NCBI GenBank assembly: GCA_963847445.1
Contig: CAWJZV010000015.1
Coordinates: 250,761 to 314,760 of the forward strand
Direction: 5' to 3'
DNA: 64,000 nt
Origin: an uncultured delta proteobacterium
Lineage (GTDB): Bacteria > Desulfobacterota > Binatia > UBA9968
The position numbers and the translations under genes are program-made. Under the pieces are notes generated by a model, which worked only from the letters and a program-made list of their open reading frames with translations, had not been told where the DNA came from and ran no database searches. This document shows positions 12,740 to 24,186 of this stretch, piece by piece. Positions within the stretch are counted from its first letter, which is position 1. Each line of letters begins with the position of its first letter.

Positions 12740-13822
12740 ATGGAAAGTGTTCTTTATTCAATCGTTTCAGCGGTCGTCGGTTTGGGCTTATTGATCGTAT
12801 TTCACGAGTTCGGCCATTTCCTAATCGCCAAGTTATCCGGTGTCGGCGTGCTGACCTTTTCCGTCGGCTTCGGTCCCAAGCTTTTGGTCCGCAAGAAAGG
12901 CGAGACCGAGTACGCCTTGAGCGCGTTTCCCTTGGGCGGCTACGTCAAGATGATCGGTGAAGACCCGGACGAAGAGGTCTCCCAAGCCGACCGGGAAAGA
13001 TCCTTCGCGCACAAGAGTCTATTTAAACGTTGCGCCATCGTCTTTGCCGGTCCGGGATTTAATTTGATGTTGGCGGTGTTGCTGCTCATGCTGGTGTTTG
13101 TTTTTTACGGCGTGCCGGTAATGTCGACGCTGGTGAGTGGGGTGGAGAAGGGGTCGCCAGCGGAACAGGCCGGTGTCGCCAAAGGCGATCGGATCGTCGC
13201 CATAGACGGTAAAGCGGTGGCGGAGTGGGAAGAGTTATCGCAAACCATCAAAGGCAGCCAGGGCAAAGCTATTAATCTAGAAATCCGCCGTGGCAGCGAA
13301 ACGGTCAAGGTCGCGGTGCAGCCGACAAAAAAAGAGGGCCGCAGCATTTTTGGCGAGCGCAAAGACGACTGGATGATCGGTATCGGCAGTCAGGGCACCA
13401 TCGAAAAAGGCAAGCCGGGGCTCGCTATCGGCAAAGCTTTTACGCAAACCTGGGACTACATCAAGATTACGCTCCTGGCTTTTTATAAAATGATCACGGG
13501 CGATGTCTCGCCCAAGAATATCGGTGGTCCGATTCTGATCGCCCAGATGGCCGGACAGCAGGCCCAAGAGGGGGTTGGCAACTTTCTCCATTTTCTCGCC
13601 GTGCTGAGCATCAATTTGGGTGTGCTTAATCTCTTGCCAGTGCCGGTGCTCGATGGCGGTCACCTGTTATTTTTTCTGGTCGAGGCGGTGATCCGCAAAC
13701 CGGTCTCGGTGCGTGTGCGGGAAATGGCCCAACAGGTAGGTATCTGTCTGTTGGCCTTATTGATGGTCTACGCCTTTTACAACGACATCGTGCGTTTTTT
13801 CGAGAAGCAGGTCGGTGGATGA
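12740..13822 (+). CDS. rseP: RIP metalloprotease RseP
   Basis: HEFGH, PDZ domain, NLLPVPVLDGG. Confidence 0.97.
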   Translation: MESVLYSIVSAVVGLGLLIVFHEFGHFLIAKLSGVGVLTFSVGFGPKLLVRKKGETEYALSAFPLGGYVKMIGEDPDEEVSQADRERSFAHKSLFKRCAIVFAGPGFNLMLAVLLLMLVFVFYGVPVMSTLVSGVEKGSPAEQAGVAKGDRIVAIDGKAVAEWEELSQTIKGSQGKAINLEIRRGSETVKVAVQPTKKEGRSIFGERKDDWMIGIGSQGTIEKGKPGLAIGKAFTQTWDYIKITLLAFYKMITGDVSPKNIGGPILIAQMAGQQAQEGVGNFLHFLAVLSINLGVLNLLPVPVLDGGHLLFFLVEAVIRKPVSVRVREMAQQVGICLLALLMVYAFYNDIVRFFEKQVGG

Positions 13823-14565
13823 GGATACTTGGCGTTGACACCTCGACAACCACCGCCAGTGTTGCATTAATCGCCGACGACCTACTGATCGCCGAAGCCG
13901 GTGATGGGCGCGAAACTTCCATCGGCTTAACCCGTGCTCGGGGCAGTCACTCAGAGACCATTTTGCCGCTAATCCAAGCGGTGCTCGACAAAAGCGAGTG
14001 CCGGCTTGCTGATCTCACGGCTATTGCCATAGCCATCGGTCCCGGTTCGTTTACCGGATTGCGCGTCGGTCTCGCTGTCGTCAAAGGGTTGGCCTACGAC
14101 GGCAACTTGCCGGTCATTGGGGTGTCGAGCCTTGAGGCGCAAGCCGCGCGTGTGCAAGATTTGGCCGGGCCTATCTGTCCGTTGCTCGACGCGCGCAAGC
14201 AAGAAGTCTACGCTGCCTTATTCGATCGGCGCGATGGCATCCTGCTGCGCCGGATGGCCGATCGGGCGTGTGCCATTACTACCCTCGCAAGCCTGTTCGA
14301 TCCAGCACCTTCAGCGCCGCAAATAGCTTTTGTTGGCGCCGGTGCCGAACGTTATCGCGAGGAGTTACTGCGCATGTGCGACGGGCGGGCGCGGTTCGTC
14401 GGCGAAGCTGGAGCCGTGAGTGCAGCCCACGCGGTGGCGCGCTTGGCAATTGAGCGGTTTGCCGATGCTCCCGGGGGTGATTTAGGTCAGCTGGCGCCGT
14501 TCTATTTAGGTGCTCCTCTGGGCCTCGGAAATACTCGGGAAATTGTCCCTAACTCGTTGAAATAA
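13819..14565 (+). CDS. tsaB: t6A biosynthesis protein TsaB
   Basis: LGVDTST, GPGSFTGLRVG, DARKQEVY. Confidence 0.96.
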   Translation: MRILGVDTSTTTASVALIADDLLIAEAGDGRETSIGLTRARGSHSETILPLIQAVLDKSECRLADLTAIAIAIGPGSFTGLRVGLAVVKGLAYDGNLPVIGVSSLEAQAARVQDLAGPICPLLDARKQEVYAALFDRRDGILLRRMADRACAITTLASLFDPAPSAPQIAFVGAGAERYREELLRMCDGRARFVGEAGAVSAAHAVARLAIERFADAPGGDLGQLAPFYLGAPLGLGNTREIVPNSLK

Positions 14566-14581
14566 TAAAGAGAAAGCCGCG

Positions 14582-14610
14582 TTGACAATCCACTGACCGT
14601 AAGTTAGATT
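14582..14610 (+). promoter_or_regulatory. Sigma70 promoter for DUF465-ilvBN
   Basis: TTGACA-N17-TAGATT. Confidence 0.65.
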
Positions 14611-14652
14611 GAGCCCGCTCAGAATTAAGATTTCCCAAAGGAGGTCGCTGTT

Positions 14653-14871
14653 ATGGAAATTACTGAAGAATCGGTGATCGTCTCCCTGCTGGATAAGGAT
14701 CCAGAGCTGAAGAAATACTACGATGAGCATCTAGCCCTCGAGAAACAACTTGCCGCATTTCAACATAAAGGGCATCTGTCGGCGGATGAAGAAATTGAAA
14801 TGAAACGTATCCAAAAACTTAAACTCAACGGCAAAGACAAGATGATGGAGCTGCTCGCCAAGCACCGTTAG
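14653..14871 (+). CDS. DUF465/YdcH-family small coiled-coil protein
   Basis: EHLALEKQL...EMKRIQKLKLNGKD pattern; GGAGG RBS. Confidence 0.8.
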   Translation: MEITEESVIVSLLDKDPELKKYYDEHLALEKQLAAFQHKGHLSADEEIEMKRIQKLKLNGKDKMMELLAKHR

Positions 14872-14897
14872 TTCGGTCGCCGGAGCTAAAGAATCTT

Positions 14898-16679
14898 ATG
14901 AAAATTACCGGAGCAGAAATTTTTTGCGAATCGTTGCGCCGCGAAGGGGTGAAAACCATTTTCGGTTTGCCCGGCGGCGTCGTCCTGAAAATTTTCGATG
15001 TCTTGTGCCAGCGCAAAGATCTGCAGTTGATCTTGACTCGCCATGAGCAGGGCGCGGCCCATATGGCCGAGGGTTACGCCAAGGCGACCGGCAAGGCTGG
15101 CGTGGTGCTGGTGACCTCCGGACCGGGCATGACGAATATTGTCACCGGCTTGGCCGACGCGCACATGGACTCAGTGCCGTTGGTCGCGTTTACCGGGCAA
15201 GTTTCCACCGATTTGATCGGCAACGATGCGTTTCAAGAAGCCGATAATGTCGGTATCAGCCGCCCCTGCACCAAGCATAACGTGTTAGTGAAAGACGTGA
15301 ACGATCTCGCTCAAGCGGTCAAGGAAGCGTTTTACATCGCGACTAGCGGCAGACCGGGGCCGGTTTTGGTCGATATCCCCAAAGATGTCAGCATCGCCAA
15401 GGCCGAATTCAAATATCCTGACAAGATTAATTTGCGCGGCTATCGCCCGTTCACCGGCGGCGATAAATCGCAGATCAAGCAAGCGGCTGAAGCGATCATG
15501 ACGGCGAAGAGGGCGATCATCTACGTCGGCGGCGGTGCGGTGTTTGGCGATGCTGCCGACGAAGTGCGCGAGCTCGCTGAGATCACGCAAATTCCTGTGA
15601 CCATGACGTTGATGGGGCTCGGGACCTTCCCTGGAACCCACGAGCTATCCTTGGGAATGTTGGGAATGCATGGTGGCTACTGGAGCAACATGGCGATGCA
15701 CCAAGCCGACTTATTGATCGCTGTGGGCGCGCGGTTCGACGATCGCGTCACCGGCAAACTCTCAGAGTTTTGCCCCGAGGCACGGGTGATTCATATCGAT
15801 ATCGATCCGACGTCGATACGTAAGACGTTTCACGCCCATATTCCGATCGTCGGTGATGTCAAATCGGTGCTGCGCCAGCTGAACGTTGTGTTGCGTTCGT
15901 TGGACGGCAACCCGACGGCGATGAAAGCGCGGCGCGCGCCATGGCTCAAGCAGATCAACGCTTGGAAGAAAGAGCATCCGCTGGTTTACAAGCAAGACGA
16001 CAAGATCATCAAGCCACAGTATGTCGTCGAGAAGCTCTACGAGTTGACCAAGCATGAAGCCATCGTCGCCACCGATGTCGGCCAGCACCAGATGTTCGCG
16101 GCACAGTATTTCAAGGGGAAGAAGCCGCGCACCTGGCTTACCTCCGGCGGTTTGGGCACCATGGGTTTTGGTTTCCCCGCCGCCATCGGCGCCCAGGTGG
16201 CGTATCCCAACCGGCAGGTGGTTTGTATCACCAGCGAAGGTAGTTTTCAGATGAATCTGCAGGAGCTGGTGGTGGCGGCCGAGCATAACCTGCCGGTGAA
16301 GATCGTCTTGCTCAACAATGGCGTGCACGGCATGGTGCGCCAGTGGCAGGATCTATTTTACGAGAGCCGCTATTCGGCGAGCTTGCTGGGAAATAAGCCG
16401 GACTTCGTGAAGCTTGCCGATGCCTATGGCATTAAAGGCTTGCGCGCACTGAAGCCTGGCGAAGTCGAAGGAGTGCTCAAAGAAGGGTTAAAGCACAAGG
16501 GACCGGTGCTGATGGATATTCACACTGACCCGTTTGAGAATTGCTATCCAATGATTCCCGCCGGCGGGGCGCAGCATGAAATGATGCTCGAAGATCCGCC
16601 GGAACTGAGACAGTCGCGTAAGGGTGGCGCAGTACATAAGAGAAAGGTGGATGAAGGCGAGGGTGTTCTTCCTGCCTGA
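14898..16679 (+). CDS. ilvB: Acetolactate synthase large subunit
   Basis: RHEQGAAHMAEGYA, TSGPG, DVGQHQM, SGGLGTMGFG. Confidence 0.98.
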   Translation: MKITGAEIFCESLRREGVKTIFGLPGGVVLKIFDVLCQRKDLQLILTRHEQGAAHMAEGYAKATGKAGVVLVTSGPGMTNIVTGLADAHMDSVPLVAFTGQVSTDLIGNDAFQEADNVGISRPCTKHNVLVKDVNDLAQAVKEAFYIATSGRPGPVLVDIPKDVSIAKAEFKYPDKINLRGYRPFTGGDKSQIKQAAEAIMTAKRAIIYVGGGAVFGDAADEVRELAEITQIPVTMTLMGLGTFPGTHELSLGMLGMHGGYWSNMAMHQADLLIAVGARFDDRVTGKLSEFCPEARVIHIDIDPTSIRKTFHAHIPIVGDVKSVLRQLNVVLRSLDGNPTAMKARRAPWLKQINAWKKEHPLVYKQDDKIIKPQYVVEKLYELTKHEAIVATDVGQHQMFAAQYFKGKKPRTWLTSGGLGTMGFGFPAAIGAQVAYPNRQVVCITSEGSFQMNLQELVVAAEHNLPVKIVLLNNGVHGMVRQWQDLFYESRYSASLLGNKPDFVKLADAYGIKGLRALKPGEVEGVLKEGLKHKGPVLMDIHTDPFENCYPMIPAGGAQHEMMLEDPPELRQSRKGGAVHKRKVDEGEGVLPA

Positions 16680-16691
16680 TATAGTTAGCGA

Positions 16692-17213
16692 ATGGAACAT
16701 ATCATATCGGTTCTTGTCGAAAATAAATTCGGCGTTTTAGCCAGAGTCGCAGGTCTTTTTAGCGCAAGAGGGTACAATATCGAGAGTTTGTCGGTGGCGC
16801 CAACGCTGGACCCGACGACTTCGATGATCACGATCGTGACCGTCGGTGACGATCGCATCATTGAACAGATCATGAAGCAGCTCAACAAAGTCGTCGAGGT
16901 GTTGAGCGTCGTCGATCATACCGAAACCGACTTTTTGGACCGCGAGACGGTGTTGATCAAAGTCCACACCAAGCCGGAGCACCGCGACGAAGCGATTCGC
17001 ATCGCGTCAATATTTCGCGCCAAGATTGTCGACTCGTCGCCGCTCACCTACACCATTGAAATTACCGGTGATGTCGACAAAGTCGAGGCGATGATCAACA
17101 TGCTCAAGCCGTTGGGAATTAAAGACCTGATCCGCACCGGCCGGATTGCGATCGCCCGCGAAACCACTAGAACCGCGTCGCCGCGCCGGGAGCCGGCTTT
17201 GTTAAAGCCGTAA
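16692..17213 (+). CDS. ilvN: Acetolactate synthase small subunit
   Basis: ACT domain VENKFGVLARVAGLFSARGYNIESL. Confidence 0.98.
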   Translation: MEHIISVLVENKFGVLARVAGLFSARGYNIESLSVAPTLDPTTSMITIVTVGDDRIIEQIMKQLNKVVEVLSVVDHTETDFLDRETVLIKVHTKPEHRDEAIRIASIFRAKIVDSSPLTYTIEITGDVDKVEAMINMLKPLGIKDLIRTGRIAIARETTRTASPRREPALLKP

Positions 17214-17246
17214 AACGACGCTGCCAATTCGTCCCAACAGTTCACT

Positions 17247-17292
17247 AAAAAAAACACCGGTCATGAACATTCATGGCCGGCGTTTTGTTTTA
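17247..17292. terminator. Probable bidirectional intrinsic terminator
   Basis: A-tract, stem CCGGTCATGA / TCATGGCCGG, then CGTTTTGTTTT. Confidence 0.7.
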
Positions 17293-17322
17293 CGGCGGGC
17301 TCGCTTACGGGCCGGTAGGTGG

Positions 17323-17597
17323 TTAGGTCATGATATCTTTCATTTTTATCGACGGCGTCCTTACGAACTTCCTTGCCTTTATCGACAGCCTTGTCCCTTG
17401 CGCCACCGCCGGCGCCCTTGGCATTGGCACTGGCCGCTTTGATGGCGTCGGCAGTTTTTTTGACGGTGCCACCGGCGATTTCATGCCCCTGAACGATCGC
17501 ACGCCTAACTGTAGCGCCAGCGAGCCTGAAGGGACTTCGGAACGAACATCCGTTGCCGATTACCGCGCTTCACTCAACAGTTATCTACGTAGCGCAT
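17323..17597 (-). pseudogene. Disrupted small Ala/Lys-rich (LEA/YtxH-like) protein gene
   Basis: Minus frame reads AVIGNGCSFRSPFRLAGATVRRAIVQGHEIAGGTVKKTADAIKAASANAKGAGGGARDKAVDKGKEVRKDAVDK; removing one A gives ending MKDIMT*; 5' part broken; converges on the terminator. Confidence 0.45.
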
Positions 17598-17624
17598 GGC
17601 GATGCCCCCATCGGTTGCCGGTAG

Positions 17625-18785
<1,161 letters not shown>

Positions 18786-18789
18786 GCTA

Positions 18790-19458
18790 GTGGCCCGATG
18801 GGTGATAACTCGCTCTAGGCGGCACACGATGCGTATCGCAAAGGAAGGTTGGCCGTTGATTCTGGCGGCCGCAGCGCTGGCGTTGCTGGCGTTGTTGTTC
18901 GGCTGGCTGGCGGCTGGTATCGCATTGGCGATCCTAACGCTAGGGGTTGCGGCATTTTTTCGCGACCCGGAGCGCGCGATCCCCACCGGTGACGGCCTCG
19001 TGGTTTCGCCCGCGGACGGCCGGGTTGTCACCGTCGCTCCGGTGCAGGGCGATGGCCTGTTCGGTGACGCGGTGATGCGAATAAGTATTTTCCTGTCGCC
19101 TCTCGACGTGCATATCAATCGCGCGCCGGTCGCCGGCCGGGTTAACGACGTGCGCTATCAAACCGGCAAATTTCTCGCGGCCTTCAAGGAAGACGCCTCG
19201 CGCGTCAACGAGCAGAATGCGCTGCGGCTTGTCGACGAACGGGAGCGCAATTGGGGCGTGGTGCAAATCGCCGGTGCGGTCGCCAGGCGCATTGTTTGCC
19301 ATTCGAAAGCCGGTGATGTGTTGGGCCGCGGCGAACGCTTCGGTTTGATCATGTTCGGCTCGCGTACCGATATTTATTTGCCTCAAGGGTGTGGTATCGA
19401 AGTGGTGGAGGGGCAAAGGGTTAGAGGCGGGGAGACCATCATCGGGAGGTTGCCATGA
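18790..19458 (+). CDS. psd: Phosphatidylserine decarboxylase proenzyme (start likely ATG 18829)
   Basis: FFRDPER, SPADG, DVHINRAP, FGSRTD cleavage motif. Confidence 0.95.
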   Translation: MARWVITRSRRHTMRIAKEGWPLILAAAALALLALLFGWLAAGIALAILTLGVAAFFRDPERAIPTGDGLVVSPADGRVVTVAPVQGDGLFGDAVMRISIFLSPLDVHINRAPVAGRVNDVRYQTGKFLAAFKEDASRVNEQNALRLVDERERNWGVVQIAGAVARRIVCHSKAGDVLGRGERFGLIMFGSRTDIYLPQGCGIEVVEGQRVRGGETIIGRLP

Positions 19459-20315
19459 GCGCGATGAATGCTCCAGAGCCCGAGCAGCCGCAGGAAAAAG
19501 ACAAGTTGCGCTTGCTGCGCCGCCGGCGCGAGCGGCCGCGCATCACCTTGCGCCAGAGAATGCCGGCGGAGAAACTGCGCAAGGGCGTTTATCTGATTCC
19601 CAGTCTCTTTACCGCGGGCAACTTGATGTGCGGTTTTTTTTCGATCATCGCGACCTTTCGGGGTGAGTATGTCAACGCGGCTTTGCTGATTCTGCTCGCC
19701 AATGTGTTCGATGGCGTGGACGGTTATGTCGCGCGCTTGACCCGGACCACCAGTCAATTTGGCGTCGAGTTCGATTCCTTGGCCGACGTTGTCGCTTTCG
19801 GTGTCGCCCCGGCGGTCTTGGTCTACATATGGGCACTGGTGCCGTGGCAAAACTGGGGTTGGCTGGCGGCGGCTACCTACGTCGTGTGTGGCGCGGCGCG
19901 GCTGTCGCGCTTCAACGTCCAGGCCCAAGGACCGGCGAAGAACCATTTCGTCGGTCTGCCGATTCCCGCTGCGGCGCAGATGATTAGCTCGTCGGTGCTC
20001 TTGTATTACTATATCGGCTTCGAGGGAACGCCGACGCGCCATTTGACGTTTCTCTTGGTGATTTATGGATTGGCGATTTTGATGGTTAGCAGTATTCCGT
20101 TCTTCAGTTTGAAGAATAACGACATGAGAAAACGCCACCCGGAATGGATGTTTCTTTCCGGCGTGATTTTGATTACACTGATCATTGCCGCGTGGCATAT
20201 TATGTTTTTCACCATAGTCTTACTGTACACGTTATCCGGGCCCTTGTTATGGTGCTTAACCAAGCTTAAGCAACGACGGGAGTCGAGCCGGGGGGGGGCG
20301 CAAGCGTTGCCGTGA
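19455..20315 (+). CDS. pssA: CDP-diacylglycerol-serine O-phosphatidyltransferase
   Basis: DGVDGYVAR...FGVEFDSLADVVAFGVAP, FVGLPIP. Confidence 0.96.
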   Translation: MSAMNAPEPEQPQEKDKLRLLRRRRERPRITLRQRMPAEKLRKGVYLIPSLFTAGNLMCGFFSIIATFRGEYVNAALLILLANVFDGVDGYVARLTRTTSQFGVEFDSLADVVAFGVAPAVLVYIWALVPWQNWGWLAAATYVVCGAARLSRFNVQAQGPAKNHFVGLPIPAAAQMISSSVLLYYYIGFEGTPTRHLTFLLVIYGLAILMVSSIPFFSLKNNDMRKRHPEWMFLSGVILITLIIAAWHIMFFTIVLLYTLSGPLLWCLTKLKQRRESSRGGAQALP

Positions 20316-20341
20316 ATTTCCGGCTCGAGTAAAGGCGAAAC

Positions 20342-20378
20342 AAACTCCCGTTGGCCCTGCCGCGGGAGTTTTCATTTC
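20342..20378 (+). terminator. Hairpin with T-tract between pssA and leuA
   Basis: AAACTCCCG...CGGGAGTTT followed by TCATTT. Confidence 0.4.
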
Positions 20379-20416
20379 GGGGTGGGCCAGCGGACAACGG
20401 TAGAGGAGACATTCAA

Positions 20417-21982
20417 ATGGATCAGATGGCCAACGATAACGTGGTACAAATTTTCGATACGACGCTGCGCGACGGCGAGCAATCGCCGGGGGCGAGCATG
20501 ACGGTGGAGCAAAAGGTCGTGATCGCGCGCCAGTTGGAGAAGCTCGGCGTCGATGTCATCGAAGCGGGCTTCGCGGCGTCGTCGGATGGCGACTTCGAGT
20601 CGGTGCGGCGAGTCGCGAAAGAGGTCAGCCAGCCACGGGTGGTGAGCTTGGCGCGCGCCCAGGAGGGCGATATTAGCCGCGCCCTGAAAGCTGTCGAGGG
20701 CGCCAAGAAGCCGGGGATTCATACTTTCATCGCGACTTCGGATATTCATCTGAAGCATAAGCTGCGCATGTCGCGTGAACAGGTCGTTGAAGCGGCGGTC
20801 AAGGCGGTTAGTTACGCCAAGCAGTATACCGATTACGTCGAGTTCTCGGCCGAGGACGCTTCGCGCAGCGACCCGGAGTTTTTGCTGCAAATCTTCCGCG
20901 AGGTCATCCGCGCCGGTGCTAAGACGCTCAATGTCCCGGATACCACCGGCTACGCGATTCCCTCCGAATTCGGCGCTTTGATCGCCAACTTGATCGAGCG
21001 TACCGCTGGCGGCGACCGGGTGATCTGGAGCGCCCACTGTCATAACGATTTGGGCCTGGCGGTGGCCAATTCGCTGGCTGCGGTGCACAACGGCGCGCGC
21101 CAGATCGAGTGCACGATCAACGGTATCGGCGAGCGCGCCGGCAATACGTCTCTCGAAGAAGTGGTCATGGCGCTGCGCACGCGCAAGAATTATCTCAATC
21201 TCGACACCAACATTCACAGTGAACAGCTTTTTCCGAGCTCGCGTTTGCTGTCGCAGGTGACCGGCATCGCGATCCCGATCAACAAACCGATCGTCGGTGA
21301 TAATGCCTTTGCCCATGAGGCCGGCATTCATCAAGACGGCGTGCTCAAGCATAAGCAGACCTACGAGATCATGACGCCGGAGTCCATCGGCATTCCGGGG
21401 AATAAACTGGTCATGGGCAAACATTCCGGGCGCCATGCCTTCGATGAGCGGTTGAAGCATCTGGGCTTTAACTTGAGCAAGGAAGATATGAACCGCGCCT
21501 TCGTGCGCTTCAAAGAATTGGCCGACAAGAAGAAGAACGTTTACGACGAGGATATCGAAGCCGTGGTTGCCGAAGAAGTTTTGCGCATGCCGGGGCGGCC
21601 GGATAAGTTCGAGCTGCTCTACATGAACGTCAACTCGAGCACCGACGGGGTGCCGACGGCGACCGTCAAGATGCGCGTCGCCGACGCGGAAAAGATGGAC
21701 CATGCCTCGGGCGACGGCGTGGTCGATGCCTGTTACAAGGTGATCACCAAAATCACCGATTCGCAGTCGCAGCTGGTGCGCTACTCGGTCAACGCGCTCA
21801 CCGGCGGCACCGATGCCCAGGGGGAAGTCGCCTGCTTGATTGAAGATGACGGCATCCGCGTGTCGGGCCAGGGATCGCATACGGACATCATCATGGCGAG
21901 CGCGCTGGCGTATATCAACGCGCTCAATAAGTTGGAAGAACGCAAACGCTATCGGCAGGTGGTGGAAAAAGAGGGACCATGA
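20417..21982 (+). CDS. leuA: 2-isopropylmalate synthase
   Basis: [35 protein letters not shown]-terminal regulatory domain; GAGGAG RBS before ATG 20417. Confidence 0.98.
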   Translation: MDQMANDNVVQIFDTTLRDGEQSPGASMTVEQKVVIARQLEKLGVDVIEAGFAASSDGDFESVRRVAKEVSQPRVVSLARAQEGDISRALKAVEGAKKPGIHTFIATSDIHLKHKLRMSREQVVEAAVKAVSYAKQYTDYVEFSAEDASRSDPEFLLQIFREVIRAGAKTLNVPDTTGYAIPSEFGALIANLIERTAGGDRVIWSAHCHNDLGLAVANSLAAVHNGARQIECTINGIGERAGNTSLEEVVMALRTRKNYLNLDTNIHSEQLFPSSRLLSQVTGIAIPINKPIVGDNAFAHEAGIHQDGVLKHKQTYEIMTPESIGIPGNKLVMGKHSGRHAFDERLKHLGFNLSKEDMNRAFVRFKELADKKKNVYDEDIEAVVAEEVLRMPGRPDKFELLYMNVNSSTDGVPTATVKMRVADAEKMDHASGDGVVDACYKVITKITDSQSQLVRYSVNALTGGTDAQGEVACLIEDDGIRVSGQGSHTDIIMASALAYINALNKLEERKRYRQVVEKEGP

Positions 21983-23073
21983 ACTACAACATCGCGGTTT
22001 TTCCCGGAGACGGCATCGGCCCTGAAGTGATGGGCGAAGGCACGCAGGTGCTCAAGCAGGTAGCGCAGCTTTACGGTTTCACCGTTTCACTGGAGCCCGG
22101 CATCGTCGGCGGCGCATCCATCGACGCCCATGGCAAGCCGCTTACGGATGCGGTATTGAATCTCGCTAAGCAGAGCGACGCGGTTTTGCTCGGCGCCATG
22201 GGCGGCCCTAAGTGGGATGGTCTCGACTATGCGATCCGGCCCGAGCGCGCCCTCCTAGCGTTGCGGTTAGAGTTGGGCCTATTCGCCAATTTACGTCCGG
22301 TAAAACTGTTTGCCGCGCTCGCCTCGGCGTCGACGCTCAAGCGGGAGGTGGTCGAGGGCACCGATATGCTGGTGGTGCGCGAGCTCACCGGCGGGATTTA
22401 TTTTGGCCAACCCAAGGGCGTGACGATGCTTCCCGATGGCACCGAGCGCGGCGTCAATACCGAGGTTTATACGACACCAGAGATCGAACGCATCGCCCAT
22501 GTGGCATTTCAGGCGGCGCTCAAGCGGCGCAAGAAAGTGACCTCCGTCGACAAGGCCAATGTGCTCGAAGTCACCGAGCTGTGGCGCAAGGTGGTGACGC
22601 GCGTTCACAAGAACCAAGAAGGCTATGCCGGCATCGAGTTGGAACATATCCTGGTCGATAACTGCGCCATGCAATTGATCCGTAACCCCCGGCAATTCGA
22701 TGTCGTCGTCACGACCAATATGTTCGGCGATATCTTGAGCGATGAAGCGGCGATGCTGACCGGCTCCATCGGCATGCTGCCGTCGGCGAGTCTCGGCGGC
22801 AAGGTCGGTATGTACGAGCCGGTGCATGGCAGCGCGCCCGATATCATGGGCCAGGACAAGGCGAATCCTTTGGCAACGATTCTCAGCGTCGCCATGATGC
22901 TTCGCCATTCCCTCGATCAGGGTGCGGCGGCGGACCGCATCGAGAAGGCCGTCGAAGTTGTCCTCGACGAAGGTTATCGCACGGCGGATATTCAAGAGCC
23001 CGGTTGTAAGCTGTTGGGCTGCAAGCAGATGGGCCAGTTGGTGCGCGACCGGATCGCGGCAGCGAAGGGATAG
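21979..23073 (+). CDS. leuB: 3-isopropylmalate dehydrogenase
   Basis: [40 protein letters not shown]. Confidence 0.98.
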   Translation: MNYNIAVFPGDGIGPEVMGEGTQVLKQVAQLYGFTVSLEPGIVGGASIDAHGKPLTDAVLNLAKQSDAVLLGAMGGPKWDGLDYAIRPERALLALRLELGLFANLRPVKLFAALASASTLKREVVEGTDMLVVRELTGGIYFGQPKGVTMLPDGTERGVNTEVYTTPEIERIAHVAFQAALKRRKKVTSVDKANVLEVTELWRKVVTRVHKNQEGYAGIELEHILVDNCAMQLIRNPRQFDVVVTTNMFGDILSDEAAMLTGSIGMLPSASLGGKVGMYEPVHGSAPDIMGQDKANPLATILSVAMMLRHSLDQGAAADRIEKAVEVVLDEGYRTADIQEPGCKLLGCKQMGQLVRDRIAAAKG

Positions 23074-23079
23074 GTTTTT

Positions 23080-24102
23080 GTGAAGAAGGAAAAGTACAAC
23101 GTCGCGATCGTTGGCGCCACCGGCGCCGTCGGCGAGCAGATGCGCGAAGTGCTCGATGAGCGCCAATTCCCGGTGGGCGAGTTGCGGTTGTTAGCCTCGG
23201 AGCGATCGGTTGGCCAGTTCCTGCCGTTTCAAAGCCGGCAGTTGCCCGTCCAGGTGTTGAAGGCCGATTCGTTTAAAGACATCGACATCGGCTTGTTCTC
23301 CGCCGGCGGCAGCGTAAGCGCGGAGTTCGCGCCGCTAGCGGTGGCGGCCGGCGCGGTGGTAGTCGACAACACTTCGGTGTTTCGCCTGGAGCCGGATATT
23401 CCTTTGGTGGTTCCGGAGGTCAATTCCAAAGCGATCGCCAATTACAAAACCCGCGGCATCATCGCCAATCCCAATTGTTCGACGATTCAAATGGTCGTCG
23501 CGCTCAAGCCGATTCATGACACAGCGCGGATCAAACGCGTGGTGGTTTCCACCTATCAGTCGGTTTCCGGCGCGGGACGCAAGGCGATGGAGGAATTGAG
23601 CCAGCAGGTAGCGGCGCTGTTCAACGGCAAGGAAATCGAAAAGGTCAAGTTTCCGCATCAGATCGCCTTCAATTGCATTCCCCATATCGATGTCTTCATG
23701 GCTGACGGCTACACCAAGGAAGAGTGGAAGATGATCGAGGAGACGCGCAAGATCCTCGGCGAGCCGAACTTGCCGGTCACCGCGACCACGGTGCGGGTGC
23801 CGGTGTTTTGCAGCCACTCGGAATCGGTGAATGTCGAAACCTACGTCAAGCTGTCGGCCAACGAGGCCCGGCGGATTCTACGGGAAGCGCCCGGCATCAT
23901 CGTCGCCGATGAGCCGGAGAACAATCTTTATCCGATGGCCATCGACGCCGCCGGCAAAGACGCTACCTATGTCGGCCGTATTCGCGAAGATAAGTCGGTC
24001 GCCAACGGTCTCAATCTTTGGGTGGTGTCGGATAATCTGCGCAAAGGCGCGGCGCTCAACGCTGTGCAGATCGCCGAGATTTTGATCCGCGATTATTTAT
24101 AA
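23080..24102 (+). CDS. asd: Aspartate-semialdehyde dehydrogenase
   Basis: GATGAVG, NPNCSTIQ, DNLRKGAALNAVQ. Confidence 0.98.
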   Translation: MKKEKYNVAIVGATGAVGEQMREVLDERQFPVGELRLLASERSVGQFLPFQSRQLPVQVLKADSFKDIDIGLFSAGGSVSAEFAPLAVAAGAVVVDNTSVFRLEPDIPLVVPEVNSKAIANYKTRGIIANPNCSTIQMVVALKPIHDTARIKRVVVSTYQSVSGAGRKAMEELSQQVAALFNGKEIEKVKFPHQIAFNCIPHIDVFMADGYTKEEWKMIEETRKILGEPNLPVTATTVRVPVFCSHSESVNVETYVKLSANEARRILREAPGIIVADEPENNLYPMAIDAAGKDATYVGRIREDKSVANGLNLWVVSDNLRKGAALNAVQIAEILIRDYL

Positions 24103-24143
24103 ACCTTCATCGGCGCTGGACGAGTCGCGGGGTGGTTATGTTG

Positions 24144-24178
24144 TCGAACCCGAAACTCAAAACGCGAAACCCGGAACC
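24144..24178. repeat. Tandem heptamer array (CGAAACN) at asd-truA junction
   Basis: cgaaact caaaacg cgaaacc cggaacc. Confidence 0.8.
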
Positions 24179-24186
24179 ACTCTGCC

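Noticed and set aside
18790-20315. psd-pssA inside the ilv-leu operon
   Set aside because: Looks odd but is a known conserved arrangement in delta- and betaproteobacteria.
20316-20416. Leucine leader-peptide attenuator or T-box before leuA, ilvB or leuC
   Set aside because: Only a simple hairpin is seen; no Leu-rich leader ORF or T-box motif.
20372-21880. Long antisense ORFs (20372-21880, 17922-19118, 31685-32995, 10005-11117, 25018-25956, 48396-49412)
   Set aside because: Shadows of well-supported genes on the opposite strand caused by high-GC codon bias; no motifs.
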